Of a stretch of DNA of 64,000 nt, positions 28,772 through 38,755 are shown piece by piece. A program made the position numbers and the translations under genes. This DNA comes from a virus. Every line of letters begins with the position of its first letter. Positions within the stretch are counted from its first letter, which is position 1. Below the pieces are notes generated by a model. The model was not told the DNA's origin. It saw only the letters and a program-made list of their open reading frames with translations, and ran no database searches. The DNA lies in IMG/VR virus record IMGVR_UViG_3300000970_000006. The stretch is one strand, 5' to 3'.

Positions 28772-29475
28772 TGGAACTTACACAACGAACCACATCGATA
28801 TTAAAGAATTTCGCAAGAGCTAATAATTCACTTTTGATTTTACCCGGAAACGTAATCTATACGATTGAAGAAGGTAAATCATATGTTATTAGAGCAGAAA
28901 TTGAAGAAACTTTCGATAAAAAAATTGCTATTTATGATGGTTTAAACCAGTTCTTAAATACGCTTGAACTATTTGGTACAGAGCCAAAACCAGATATTGA
29001 ATTTGGTGAATCTGCCATGTATATTCGAAGCAATAAAGTTGAACAAATGTTTCGATATTCTGATGCCGAATATATTGTGTCACCAGAACGAGACCCTAAG
29101 TTAAATTATGAAAATTTAGAATATGAAATTAGTTTTGATTTAACATATGACCAAATTGAAAATCTTAAAAAAGCAGCAAATATTCAAAAATTAAAACACT
29201 TTGCTGTTAGAGGAAAAGAAGGCAAAATATATCTTGTTGCATGTGATGCGACAGGAAATAAAAATTCAACAGCTAACGAATATGTTTTAGACACTGGATT
29301 AGAAACAGAAGAAAATTTTCAAAAAGTTTTCACTGTTAGTAGTCTTGATTTACTTAAAAAAGATTATTCAATTCAGCTTTCTAAAGAATCTAATATAGTG
29401 AAATTTTCTTCTAGCGACGAATTAGGTGAAATCACATATATATTCCCTGCTGATGCAACCGCTAAAAATTATTAA
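28771..29475 (+). CDS. sliding clamp (T4 gp45)
   Basis: MELTQRTTSILKNFA..NNSLLI..GN, IYDGLNQFL. Confidence 0.92.
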   Translation: MELTQRTTSILKNFARANNSLLILPGNVIYTIEEGKSYVIRAEIEETFDKKIAIYDGLNQFLNTLELFGTEPKPDIEFGESAMYIRSNKVEQMFRYSDAEYIVSPERDPKLNYENLEYEISFDLTYDQIENLKKAANIQKLKHFAVRGKEGKIYLVACDATGNKNSTANEYVLDTGLETEENFQKVFTVSSLDLLKKDYSIQLSKESNIVKFSSSDELGEITYIFPADATAKNY

Positions 29476-29486
29476 GGAGTAATTAA

Positions 29487-29699
29487 ATGAGTGTAACATT
29501 TAAGTTCAATGAAGAACTGACAGAGGATGACGTCGTATGTTACGATGACCCTTGGTACGATATGACATCTGGTGGTTATATTAATCCAGATGAATTATTA
29601 GCCGACAAAAAACAAATTGATTTGGTTAATAAAGCAATTGAAACAATTGAGGATTTTTTAGAACAGGCTGAAAATGCCGGTATTCTTGAACCCAGATAA
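29487..29699 (+). CDS. small acidic hypothetical protein
   Basis: AAGGAG SD; weakly similar to the 30223 ORF. Confidence 0.65.
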   Translation: MSVTFKFNEELTEDDVVCYDDPWYDMTSGGYINPDELLADKKQIDLVNKAIETIEDFLEQAENAGILEPR

Positions 29700-29784
29700 C
29701 AGAAATTACATTGTGGTGATGTAATTGAAAAGCGGGAAGACAAGGCGCGGTAGTACCGCCTTATCAAATTAAAAGGAGATAAAA

Positions 29785-30192
29785 ATGAATAGTAATTTTG
29801 GTGGATGGTTCTTTGGAACATTAATATCGTCGATTTTATTAGGATTAATAATTATAATGTTATTATGGACGCCTATTGTAGGTCCGTGGTCAGAGTCAAG
29901 ACGCGGTCTCGCTGAGTTAAAACGCTCAGAGCAAAATCGTCAAATTACAATTGAAGAAGCGAAAGCGAAATCAGAAGCTGCACAGTATATTGCGCAAGCA
30001 GAAATTACGAAGGCCAAAGGCGTGGCAGAAGCAAATCAAATTATGGCAGAAAGCTTAGGAGGACCTCAAGGCTATCTTCGCTGGAAATATATTGAAATGC
30101 TCGAAGAAACTTCCGGCGACGGCAAAACAGTTGTATACATTCCAACCGAAGCTACAATGCCAATACTAGAAGCAGGAAAGAGGCCACAATAA
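29785..30192 (+). CDS. membrane-anchored protein with an SPFH/band-7-like C-terminal helix
   Basis: N-terminal TM segment; AEITKAKGVAEANQIMAESL..YLRWKYIE..VVYIPTE. Confidence 0.7.
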   Translation: MNSNFGGWFFGTLISSILLGLIIIMLLWTPIVGPWSESRRGLAELKRSEQNRQITIEEAKAKSEAAQYIAQAEITKAKGVAEANQIMAESLGGPQGYLRWKYIEMLEETSGDGKTVVYIPTEATMPILEAGKRPQ

Positions 30193-30222
30193 TGTTTAAC
30201 ATAACTATTTAAGAATAATATT

Positions 30223-30429
30223 GTGAGATTTAAAATAATGATACCTGAAGACTTTGATGAAGATATAGAACCTACATTAGAGCAATTTATGGTAGAAGAC
30301 AATATAAACCATCATGATTTTTTAAACGTATCAGATAGTAGAAGATTAGATGAAGCGCTAAAAACCGTTAATCAATTTTTATCTGACCTCGAAGAGGCTA
30401 TAGAATATCATGAATTAAAAAAACTTTAA
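30223..30429 (+). CDS. small acidic hypothetical protein
   Basis: 68 aa ORF before gp44. Confidence 0.55.
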   Translation: MRFKIMIPEDFDEDIEPTLEQFMVEDNINHHDFLNVSDSRRLDEALKTVNQFLSDLEEAIEYHELKKL

Positions 30430-30441
30430 GGAATTATCGAA

Positions 30442-31380
30442 TTGTTTGAAGACGTACAATGGGCGCAACGGTATCGCCCCTCTAAAATCGACGATACTGT
30501 TTTAACTCCCGGTATTAGGCAGTCACTTTCCGAGTATGTGACTACTGGAGTTATAATCAATTCGATATTTGAAGGTCCTGCCGGGTCCGGTAAAACAACA
30601 GCGGCCATTGCGCTTTGTAAGGAGTTAGGATATGAATATATTATTCTTAACGGGTCCGGCCAGGATAGAGGTATTGACACAGTTAAATCTACAATACAAC
30701 AGTTTGCAACAACTGCATCATTTTCAGGTAATAGAAAATGTATTATTGTAGATGAGGCTGATAATTTAACTCAGGCTGCTCAATTAGCATTAAGGTCTGT
30801 TATTGAAACAGTATCAAAAAATTGTAGCTTTATATTAACGTGTAACTATGTTAATCGAATAGATGACGCATTGTTATCAAGGTGTACAGTATTTAATTTT
30901 CGTATTTCTTCTGCTGATGCTCCTAAAATGGCAGCTGAATTTAAAAATGCGTGTGAAGAGATTTTAAAGAAAGAAGAAATAACTTTTACTAATAGTTCTT
31001 TAATTGCTATAATAAAACGTAAATTTCCTGATTTTCGTTCAACGTTAAATGAATTACAGAGAGTTTCGGTTAATGGAAGTATTGATGATTCTATTCAAAC
31101 ACCTTTGGATGATATGGATGAATTAATAAATCTTGTTAAAAGTCGTAAAATACAAGGTATCAAAAAATGGATTATTCAATCTACAACTGAGCCTCAAGAA
31201 ATATATGACCGCTTTTCGACTAAATCAGATGATTTGTATAAAGAAGCAATAGACCAAGCCAAAGCGTATGTTCACACGCATGATTTCATGTATCAATCAA
31301 GTTTTGTTGCGGATATAAAAATTAGCCTTATCGCATATTTAGTAAAAATAGCATCAGATTGTAAATTTAAAGATGGGTAA
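30442..31380 (+). CDS. clamp loader large subunit (T4 gp44)
   Basis: WAQRYRP, GPAGSGKTT, IVDEAD, SRC motif, FPDFRSTLNELQR. Confidence 0.96.
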   Translation: MFEDVQWAQRYRPSKIDDTVLTPGIRQSLSEYVTTGVIINSIFEGPAGSGKTTAAIALCKELGYEYIILNGSGQDRGIDTVKSTIQQFATTASFSGNRKCIIVDEADNLTQAAQLALRSVIETVSKNCSFILTCNYVNRIDDALLSRCTVFNFRISSADAPKMAAEFKNACEEILKKEEITFTNSSLIAIIKRKFPDFRSTLNELQRVSVNGSIDDSIQTPLDDMDELINLVKSRKIQGIKKWIIQSTTEPQEIYDRFSTKSDDLYKEAIDQAKAYVHTHDFMYQSSFVADIKISLIAYLVKIASDCKFKDG

Positions 31381-31762
31381 TCCGTTTAACTTCGTAAAAG
31401 CAATTACAGAATCACGACATAATGTTCTCGAAAATGGAGAACTTGATATTGATGATTATAATTCATTTATAATTAATAGAGCAATATCATTAAGAAAAGA
31501 TGGTTTAACTGCTGCAGAATTTGCAAATTCAAAACCATCTATGAATTCAAAAGGTCAGTATTTACTATTGCATTCGCTTGTACAAAAACGTAAACCTACA
31601 CGTGATGAGCTATGGATTAAATCAGAAAAAAATGACACTGTTAGCTTATTACAAAAAGCATTAGGTTTATCCATCAAACAAGCAGAAGAACTTTCAGAAT
31701 TTGTATCACCTGTAGATATTGAAAATTTAAAACACAAACAAAAAAAATTCGGAGAAAAATAA
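31373..31762 (+). CDS. clamp loader small subunit (T4 gp62)
   Basis: PFNFVKAI, YNSFIINRAIS; position after gp44. Confidence 0.88.
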   Translation: MGNPFNFVKAITESRHNVLENGELDIDDYNSFIINRAISLRKDGLTAAEFANSKPSMNSKGQYLLLHSLVQKRKPTRDELWIKSEKNDTVSLLQKALGLSIKQAEELSEFVSPVDIENLKHKQKKFGEK

Positions 31763-32304
31763 TGAGTTATATTCAACCATCACCTTTTGATAGTATTCCA
31801 GGACCAAATACGACAACCCTTCCATATCATAGATTTACTATTTCTCAATCGGTATCAAATAATCAAATTAGTGTTAGCACTAGTCCAGGAGGGTGCAGTA
31901 TTGAAACAGCAACACCTGGTTCTGCAGGATATGATATTTTTTCAAACGATGAATATATTATTTCACCGAACAAATATCTAAAAATACATACAGGAATTCG
32001 TATGAAATTTAGTGACAATATTGTTGCTCAAATTTATCCTCGTTCTGGAATGTCTACTAAAAAGGGATTAATTCTTGCTAATACTGTTGGAATAATTGAC
32101 TCTGATTACGCAGGAGAAATTATCATAGCAATGAAAAATGTAAGCACGGAAGATCAATATATTAACAAAGGTGATGCTTTTGCTCAATTAATATTTGTAC
32201 CATACTATAAACCTGAATTAAAACTCATTAGTGAAAAAGACATTGAAAAATTACACGAAAAATCTGTAAGAGGTACAGGTGGATTTGGTTCAACTGATAA
32301 ATGA
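31762..32304 (+). CDS. dut: trimeric dUTPase
   Basis: SAGYD, TGI, PRSG, GIIDSDYAG, RGTGGFGST. Confidence 0.95.
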   Translation: MSYIQPSPFDSIPGPNTTTLPYHRFTISQSVSNNQISVSTSPGGCSIETATPGSAGYDIFSNDEYIISPNKYLKIHTGIRMKFSDNIVAQIYPRSGMSTKKGLILANTVGIIDSDYAGEIIIAMKNVSTEDQYINKGDAFAQLIFVPYYKPELKLISEKDIEKLHEKSVRGTGGFGSTDK

Positions 32305-33788
32305 GTTTTTACAGTAATTATTTCACATGGGGAAAAAGCATATATTTACGCGAAGTTTTGGACGACGGCACTCGACGAAATCGCATAATAAAAAACTTTG
32401 CTCCTCCATTGTATGGCCCAAGTGAAAATGAAGAAATCAATAAAGACATTTATGGAACTAATCTTCGTGAATTATCTGTATCGAGTATTCCTCATGCTAA
32501 AAAAATAATTAATGAACGAAAGCAAACTGGTTTAAAAACATTTGGTTACGACAAATGGGCCAATGTATTTGTTGCTCAACATTATGACCGTCATGAAGTA
32601 GCTGATGAATGGTCAATTGATAAACTGTCCATTGTCACTATTGATATTGAGTGCGAAGTTGAAGATGGAACTTTTCCAGACGCTCTTCGTGCTGACCAAG
32701 TCATTAATATCATAGGACTTCATGATACGCTTACTGCTAAATATTATGTGTTTGGTATCGGCGACGCATATGTTGATAAACGTGAAGATTGTATTTATAT
32801 TAAATGTGATAGTGAAAAAGATTTATTAGTTAAATTTATAAAACTATGGCGAACTCTTGAACCAAATATTGTAACAGGTTGGAATATTGAAAAATTTGAT
32901 ATTCCTTATTTGATGAATCGTATTACTAAAGTTTCAGGCGATGAAGCAGTTGCAAAAAGACTAAGCCCATTTAATTTTGTAACGTCTCAAACAGCAACAG
33001 ATGGTTATGGCAATGAATTTCAATCTTACGATATAAAGGGCATATCTATTATAGATTATATGATAATTTATAAAAAATTAGAATTAAGTCCTCGTTCAAG
33101 TTATTCTCTAGATTATATTGCTAATATTGATTTAGGTAAAGAAAAACTAAAACACGAAACTGGTATTCCTGGTCATTTGTTATATAGAGAACATTTCCCA
33201 GATGCTGTTGAATATAACTTTGTTGACGTTGAACTCGTAGTTGAATTAGAAAAAAAGAAAAGACTGATTGAAACATCATGCATTATCGCATATTCTGCAA
33301 TGGTTAATGTTCAAGACACATTAAGCCAAATTAGAGTGTGGGACAATATTCTCTATATGCAATTACAAGATGATAATATACATTTTAAAATTGACATAGA
33401 ATCACGAAGCAAGGTTCCTTTTGAGGGAGCTTACGTTAAACCAACTATTAGTGGATATTATGAATGGGTTGTAACTGTAGATGTTACGTCTGAATATCCA
33501 TCTCTTATGAGAGCCTTGAATATATCACCAGAAAAATTAATTGAAAATTTCAATATGGATAGTTCTGTATGGAATTATCTTAATAGGAATGTAGATACAT
33601 CTGAAGCTATTGAAAAAGGTTATACTGTTGGAGCTAATGGTACTTGTTTTAAAAAGGATAAAGATGGAATTATTCCAAAAGCTGTGCGTATTAAATTTGC
33701 AGAACGTAAGAAATATCAGGCTAAAATGTTCGAAGCTGAACACAAATTAGAAGCCGTTAAGGCAGAAATGCTTCGAAGAGGTATTTAA
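32301..33788 (+). CDS. family B DNA polymerase, N-terminal subunit (gp43A)
   Basis: DIE ExoI, TGWNIEKFDIPY ExoII, YNFVD ExoIII, GAYVK, motif A DVTSEYPS, NISPE. Confidence 0.95.
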   Translation: MSFYSNYFTWGKSIYLREVLDDGTRRNRIIKNFAPPLYGPSENEEINKDIYGTNLRELSVSSIPHAKKIINERKQTGLKTFGYDKWANVFVAQHYDRHEVADEWSIDKLSIVTIDIECEVEDGTFPDALRADQVINIIGLHDTLTAKYYVFGIGDAYVDKREDCIYIKCDSEKDLLVKFIKLWRTLEPNIVTGWNIEKFDIPYLMNRITKVSGDEAVAKRLSPFNFVTSQTATDGYGNEFQSYDIKGISIIDYMIIYKKLELSPRSSYSLDYIANIDLGKEKLKHETGIPGHLLYREHFPDAVEYNFVDVELVVELEKKKRLIETSCIIAYSAMVNVQDTLSQIRVWDNILYMQLQDDNIHFKIDIESRSKVPFEGAYVKPTISGYYEWVVTVDVTSEYPSLMRALNISPEKLIENFNMDSSVWNYLNRNVDTSEAIEKGYTVGANGTCFKKDKDGIIPKAVRIKFAERKKYQAKMFEAEHKLEAVKAEMLRRGI

Positions 33789-34885
33789 TGGATTTATCAA
33801 AATTATCTGATGCTGAATTAATCAAACTTAAAAATCAATACAGCGAAGAAAAAACTCAATGGCATTTGCGACAAAACGCTGTGAAGGTCCAGTTAAATAG
33901 TCTGTATGGAGCCTCTGGTAATATTTATTTCCGATTGTACGATTTACGTATGAGTGAGGCGATTACTAAATCGGGGCAATTGCTGACACAAGGCGTAATA
34001 CGTGATATGAATGATTATATTAATCGTATTTTAAAAACCGATGATATCGATTATTGCATTGCATCAGATACAGATTCTGCTATGTTTAATATGGGACCTT
34101 TTGTTAAAAAAGCTCTTCCTAATGGAGCTAATAAAGAAGGCATAACAAAAGCACTTGCTCATTTATTTGATAATGATGCCCAAAAAGTTATTGATGATTC
34201 ATTTGATGAATTTAGTCGAATTATGAATTGTTCAGAACCTGAAGCATTAGATATGAAACGCGAAGTTATTTCAGACAAAAGTTTCTTTTTGAAAAAGAAA
34301 AATTATGTCATGAGAATGCTAGATAAAGAAGGCGTCACGTACGCAGGCGGTAAAATAAAAGCTATGGGTGTGGCTAGTGCTAAATTTTCTAATCCAAAGG
34401 TATGTCGTGATTGGATGAATGACATGTACCCGCAAGTCATGGATGGAAATCAAAAAGAATACATTAATTCTATTATGGATAAAAAAGGGCAATTTCCTAA
34501 TTCAAAATTAACAGATATTGCCAGTTCCGTAACAGTGTCAGATGTAGACACATATGAATTTGGTTTTGAAAAAGATAAAAAAGGTATGCCTATCGGTTCA
34601 CGTGCAGCCGTCGTACATAATACATTTTTAAAAAAGAATAATTTAACCGGTAAATATGAACGTATACAAAATGGCGATAAAATATATCACGCGTACCTGA
34701 TTATGCCAAATCCATATAACAGTAACGTTATCGGATGGAAGGGAGAGCCGCCCGAAGAATTGGAATTAGATAAATATATAGACTGGGACACAATGTTTGA
34801 CAAGACATTTAAGTCCAAAATGGATGAATTTGCGAAATTAAAAGGCTGGAACACAAAATCCGGCGGAACTTTGGAAGGTTGGTAA
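33788..34885 (+). CDS. family B DNA polymerase, C-terminal subunit (gp43B)
   Basis: KVQLNSLYG motif B, SDTDS motif C, MKRE, KKKNY; TAATG coupling to gp43A. Confidence 0.95.
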   Translation: MDLSKLSDAELIKLKNQYSEEKTQWHLRQNAVKVQLNSLYGASGNIYFRLYDLRMSEAITKSGQLLTQGVIRDMNDYINRILKTDDIDYCIASDTDSAMFNMGPFVKKALPNGANKEGITKALAHLFDNDAQKVIDDSFDEFSRIMNCSEPEALDMKREVISDKSFFLKKKNYVMRMLDKEGVTYAGGKIKAMGVASAKFSNPKVCRDWMNDMYPQVMDGNQKEYINSIMDKKGQFPNSKLTDIASSVTVSDVDTYEFGFEKDKKGMPIGSRAAVVHNTFLKKNNLTGKYERIQNGDKIYHAYLIMPNPYNSNVIGWKGEPPEELELDKYIDWDTMFDKTFKSKMDEFAKLKGWNTKSGGTLEGW

Positions 34886-34888
34886 AAT

Positions 34889-35116
34889 ATGTCGTATAGA
34901 GTAATAGGTGATTGTGGGTCATGTGGTGGTCTAGTAACAGTTCCTATGATTTGGCACGGTACAATACCTCCAGAGCCAGCTTGTCAATCATGCGGTAAAA
35001 GAGCAAAATCCGGTCGTAAAACCATACCTATGCAAAATAGTAGCGTAGGTGATATTGTTGATGAAGTAGTTGATTTAGCTATTTCACCATTATCTCTTTT
35101 AGGAAAATTATTCTAA
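34889..35116 (+). CDS. small zinc-ribbon protein
   Basis: CGSCG...CQSCG. Confidence 0.6.
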   Translation: MSYRVIGDCGSCGGLVTVPMIWHGTIPPEPACQSCGKRAKSGRKTIPMQNSSVGDIVDEVVDLAISPLSLLGKLF

Positions 35117-35448
35117 TGAAATATTTTATGATTATACTTGCAATCGGTTTTGCAGCCACATTCTACTTTCGAACATCATTGTTAGAAGGTTCTGAAAAGA
35201 CATATTTTAATAAAATAGAAAATGTTGATTTAACGTCATTACACAAACGTAAAAATGAATTATCAAAAGCATTAAAAGAATTAGCTAATTCTGAATTAAC
35301 GGATAGGCAAGTACTTTTATTTAAAGCAAATAGATTATTATCGTTGTGTAAAATTGAAGCCCGTGACTTAAATGTTTCATTTTCGTGTTACGTAAAAAAG
35401 AGATATAAAAGAAGTATTAGAGCTGTAGTTGCAGAAGGAAATAATTAA
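35116..35448 (+). CDS. hypothetical protein with an N-terminal signal/TM segment
   Basis: Hydrophobic N-terminus; coupled ORF. Confidence 0.55.
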   Translation: MKYFMIILAIGFAATFYFRTSLLEGSEKTYFNKIENVDLTSLHKRKNELSKALKELANSELTDRQVLLFKANRLLSLCKIEARDLNVSFSCYVKKRYKRSIRAVVAEGNN

Positions 35449-35451
35449 TAA

Positions 35452-36600
35452 ATGGCATCACTAAAGGATCGAATGTTAAAAACCGGAAATAAAGCGGTTT
35501 TAAAAAATACAAATGCACTAGAAAATTCTATATTAACAACAATGGCTACTCCTGCAGTAACCGATGTTATGGCATTAAATATAGCATTACAAGGAAAAAT
35601 AGATGGTGGTCTTGCATCAGGATTAACACAAATTGCTGGTCCATCAAAACATTTTAAAAGTTTATTTGGACTTATCTTATGTAAAGCATATATGGATAAA
35701 TATGATGATGCTGTAATGTTGTTTTACGATTCTGAATTTGGCGCATCAATGACATATTTCAGTTCAGTAGGTATTGACCCAGATAGAGTTATTCATGTTC
35801 CTATTACAACTATTGAAGAATTCCGTTCTGATTTTGCACAAAAAACTTCAGGCTCAGACCCTAATGGTATTAAACGCGGTGAACACGTTTGCGTATTTGT
35901 AGATTCAGTTGGTAACTTAGCATCATTAAAAGAAACCGAAGACGCTGAAACAGAAAACTCAGCGGCTGATATGACTCGAGCAAAAGTTATGAAATCGGCG
36001 TTTCGAATTGCTACTCCTCGACTAGGTCTATTAGATATTCCTATGGTAGTAATTAATCACGTGTACGCAAGTATGGACCGATACGCTAAAGATACAGTAT
36101 CAGGTGGTACTGGTATATTCTTAAGTTCTAATGATATTTGGATTGTTGGTAAAGCTCAAGAAAAAGATGCCAAAACAAAAGAACTAAAGGGATTTACATA
36201 CAACATTCGTATTGAAAAATCTCGTGTAGTACAAGAAGGATTAAAAGTTCCCATTCTTGTAACATATGAAAAAGGGTTGTCAAAATATTCTGGCCTATTT
36301 GAATTAGGCCGCGACTTAGGTTCTATTGAATCACCTTCTCTCGGGTGGTATTCGCGTGTTTTAGTTGACGAAGAAACAGGTGAACTAATTGAAGATAAGA
36401 AGTGGCGCAAAAAAGAAATTGACGCTAATGAAGAAGAGTTCTATTCGGGCCTTATAGAACAAACAGATTTTGCTAAGCGTGTTGAAAGAGCGTTTTTGTT
36501 AGGAGAACTCAAAATTGGAGTAGAGTCAGAAAACGATGAAGATTTTTCAAATGACGAATCAGACCTACTATTAGAGGAACTAACTAATGCACAATCCTAG
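35452..36600 (+). CDS. uvsX: UvsX RecA-like recombinase
   Basis: AGPSKHFKS, FYDSEFG, DSVGNLAS, ADMTRAK, SGGTG. Confidence 0.96.
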   Translation: MASLKDRMLKTGNKAVLKNTNALENSILTTMATPAVTDVMALNIALQGKIDGGLASGLTQIAGPSKHFKSLFGLILCKAYMDKYDDAVMLFYDSEFGASMTYFSSVGIDPDRVIHVPITTIEEFRSDFAQKTSGSDPNGIKRGEHVCVFVDSVGNLASLKETEDAETENSAADMTRAKVMKSAFRIATPRLGLLDIPMVVINHVYASMDRYAKDTVSGGTGIFLSSNDIWIVGKAQEKDAKTKELKGFTYNIRIEKSRVVQEGLKVPILVTYEKGLSKYSGLFELGRDLGSIESPSLGWYSRVLVDEETGELIEDKKWRKKEIDANEEEFYSGLIEQTDFAKRVERAFLLGELKIGVESENDEDFSNDESDLLLEELTNAQS

Positions 36601-36973
36601 TGAAAAAGATATTTCTAAAATGTCTCAAGAGGAGCTCATCGAAGACCTTAAACTTCAAGCGGAAGATATTTTAAATCAAAATTATCCTACAACGGCTGGC
36701 GGCTCATTAGTTGCAATTCCAGCAGGCGAAAATATTTGCTCATATGTTGTAGTAGACGAAGAGCATAGAGGCTCAATTATTAAGTTTGAAAATGTTCATA
36801 TAAAAGGCGATGAAACTGACGAGGATGTTCAAATAGTCGCTGATGTTGTTACATTTCTTAAAACTAGTGATATGCCGCTGGACGAATTTGAACAGTATTG
36901 TATGGGATTACTAGTTAAAATCCTAGTTGAATATGTAAAAAACACAGAAGAGGCGGCTGACGAGGTTGAGTAA
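36587..36973 (+). CDS. gp40-like protein (by position)
   Basis: Acidic ORF between uvsX and gp41, where T4 has gp40. Confidence 0.5.
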   Translation: MHNPSEKDISKMSQEELIEDLKLQAEDILNQNYPTTAGGSLVAIPAGENICSYVVVDEEHRGSIIKFENVHIKGDETDEDVQIVADVVTFLKTSDMPLDEFEQYCMGLLVKILVEYVKNTEEAADEVE

Positions 36974-38357
36974 TATTAATGATATTGAGTCTGTAATTAA
37001 TACAGGTTTAATTCATTCGGTTGATTTCACCCGCAAAGTCTTACCATTTATTAAGCCTGATTATTACCAAGACCCTTCATCTAAATTAATATACGAAGTC
37101 ATACACGAGCACTTTACAAAATACGATGCATCACCATCGATAAGTGAATTAAGAACCAGCATTAATTTAAAAAACGGTTCTATTTCCGATAAAATTATTC
37201 AAAGCGCATCCATTATTATTGATGGCATGGAAACTAAATCTGTCGACAATGTTGATTGGTTATTGGATAATACAGAAAAATTTTGTAAAGATCGTTCATT
37301 AGCTAACGCTATTATGAAATCGGTATCAATTTTAAACGGTGAAGATAAAACAAAAAAACGTGAACACATGCCAAAAATGCTCGAAGAAGCATTGGCTATT
37401 ACATTCGATAATAAAATAGGCCATGATTATTTAGAAGATGCTAAAGAACGTTGGGAATATTATCACCAAGAAGTTGACCGTGTTAAAAGTCATATTAATG
37501 GCATTAACATAGCAACTAATGGTGGATATCCCAAAAAGACTTTATCACTAGTTTTAGCCGGTTCTAATGTTGGTAAATCAGCGTTTTTGTGTGACCACGC
37601 TGCACATCTACTTCGTAATGGTTATAACGTTTTGTACATTAGTTTAGAAATGTCTAAGGAAGAAATAAGTAGACGTATTGACGCCAATTTATTAGAAATT
37701 CCAGTTAATGATGTTGCTGACTCAGGAGAAGACTTTTTCTTTAACAGCATTAATAAATTAAAAATGGGAAAATCAGGTAGACTATTCGTTCAAGATTATC
37801 CTGTTAAAGGCGCAGGCACTATTCAATTTACACAACATCTTAATGAACTAAAACTGAAAAAAGGTTTTTATGCTGATGTAGTTATTATTGATTACTTAGG
37901 TCTAGTTGCCGCCTCTTCTGTAGATAACGCCGCAGGAATGTATACTGTTAACAAAGTTGTTGCTGAAGATTTGCGAGCGTTTGCTACTGTTGAAAATGTT
38001 GCAGTATTATCAGCAACTCAAACAAATCGTGGTGGACAATCATCAAGTTCTATTGAAATGGAAGATGTTGGGGAATCGCATGGTATATCGCAAACTGCTG
38101 ATTTAATATTAAGTCTTGTAAGAACTGAAGACCTCAGAGAAGAAGGACGAGTATTAATAAGCCAAGTAAAAAACCGAATATCAAACGTTGACCATTATAA
38201 AAGATTTGTCGTCGGTCTTGATATTGATACTATGACATTTTTTGATGTTGAAGATGAAATGAACCCGCCTGATGCAGCTCCTGTTTTTGACAAAACAGAA
38301 AGTGGAGCATCATGGATGAATGATATTAATAAGGAAGATTTACCATGGGAAAATTAA
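36966..38357 (+). CDS. replicative helicase (T4 gp41)
   Basis: RKVLPFIK, IGHDY, AGSNVGKS, ISLEM, IIDYL, SATQTNR, QVKNR. Confidence 0.96.
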   Translation: MSNINDIESVINTGLIHSVDFTRKVLPFIKPDYYQDPSSKLIYEVIHEHFTKYDASPSISELRTSINLKNGSISDKIIQSASIIIDGMETKSVDNVDWLLDNTEKFCKDRSLANAIMKSVSILNGEDKTKKREHMPKMLEEALAITFDNKIGHDYLEDAKERWEYYHQEVDRVKSHINGINIATNGGYPKKTLSLVLAGSNVGKSAFLCDHAAHLLRNGYNVLYISLEMSKEEISRRIDANLLEIPVNDVADSGEDFFFNSINKLKMGKSGRLFVQDYPVKGAGTIQFTQHLNELKLKKGFYADVVIIDYLGLVAASSVDNAAGMYTVNKVVAEDLRAFATVENVAVLSATQTNRGGQSSSSIEMEDVGESHGISQTADLILSLVRTEDLREEGRVLISQVKNRISNVDHYKRFVVGLDIDTMTFFDVEDEMNPPDAAPVFDKTESGASWMNDINKEDLPWEN

Positions 38358-38749
38358 GTGATTTACTAAAAGCGTTTATAGAAAAATTTAAATTTGCAGA
38401 AGACTATCATTCTCGTGAAGAAGATAGACTAATTCGCGGTCGCCATTTTGAAGAAGAAGTTTCAGAATATTATGACGCGGTTCTCAATAATGATGAAATT
38501 AGTCAAATTGATGCCTTATGTGATATTGCATATTTTGCAATTGGAACGATGGTTCTTGAAGGTTGGGATTTTGAGGAGCATTTTAAAGCAGTTCATAGAG
38601 CAAATATGGAAAAGGTAAGAGGTGCCAATCCTAATAGACCAGAAAACGGTGATTTTGACGTTTTTAAACCTGAAGGTTGGGTTGCTCCTGAAGAATATCA
38701 TGAAGCTATTCTAAAAGCAAAAGCTGTAAATTCTATAAAAATAAGGTAA
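38345..38749 (+). CDS. MazG-like (PRA-PH type) nucleotide pyrophosphohydrolase
   Basis: EEEVSE, DALCDIAYFAIG, VHRANMEK, KPEGWVAP. Confidence 0.85.
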   Translation: MGKLSDLLKAFIEKFKFAEDYHSREEDRLIRGRHFEEEVSEYYDAVLNNDEISQIDALCDIAYFAIGTMVLEGWDFEEHFKAVHRANMEKVRGANPNRPENGDFDVFKPEGWVAPEEYHEAILKAKAVNSIKIR

Positions 38750-38755
38750 ATTATT

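Noticed and set aside
33780-33795. gp43 break as a pseudogene, intron or intein
   Set aside because: Both halves keep all catalytic motifs, are TAATG-coupled, break at the known split site and have no intervening sequence.
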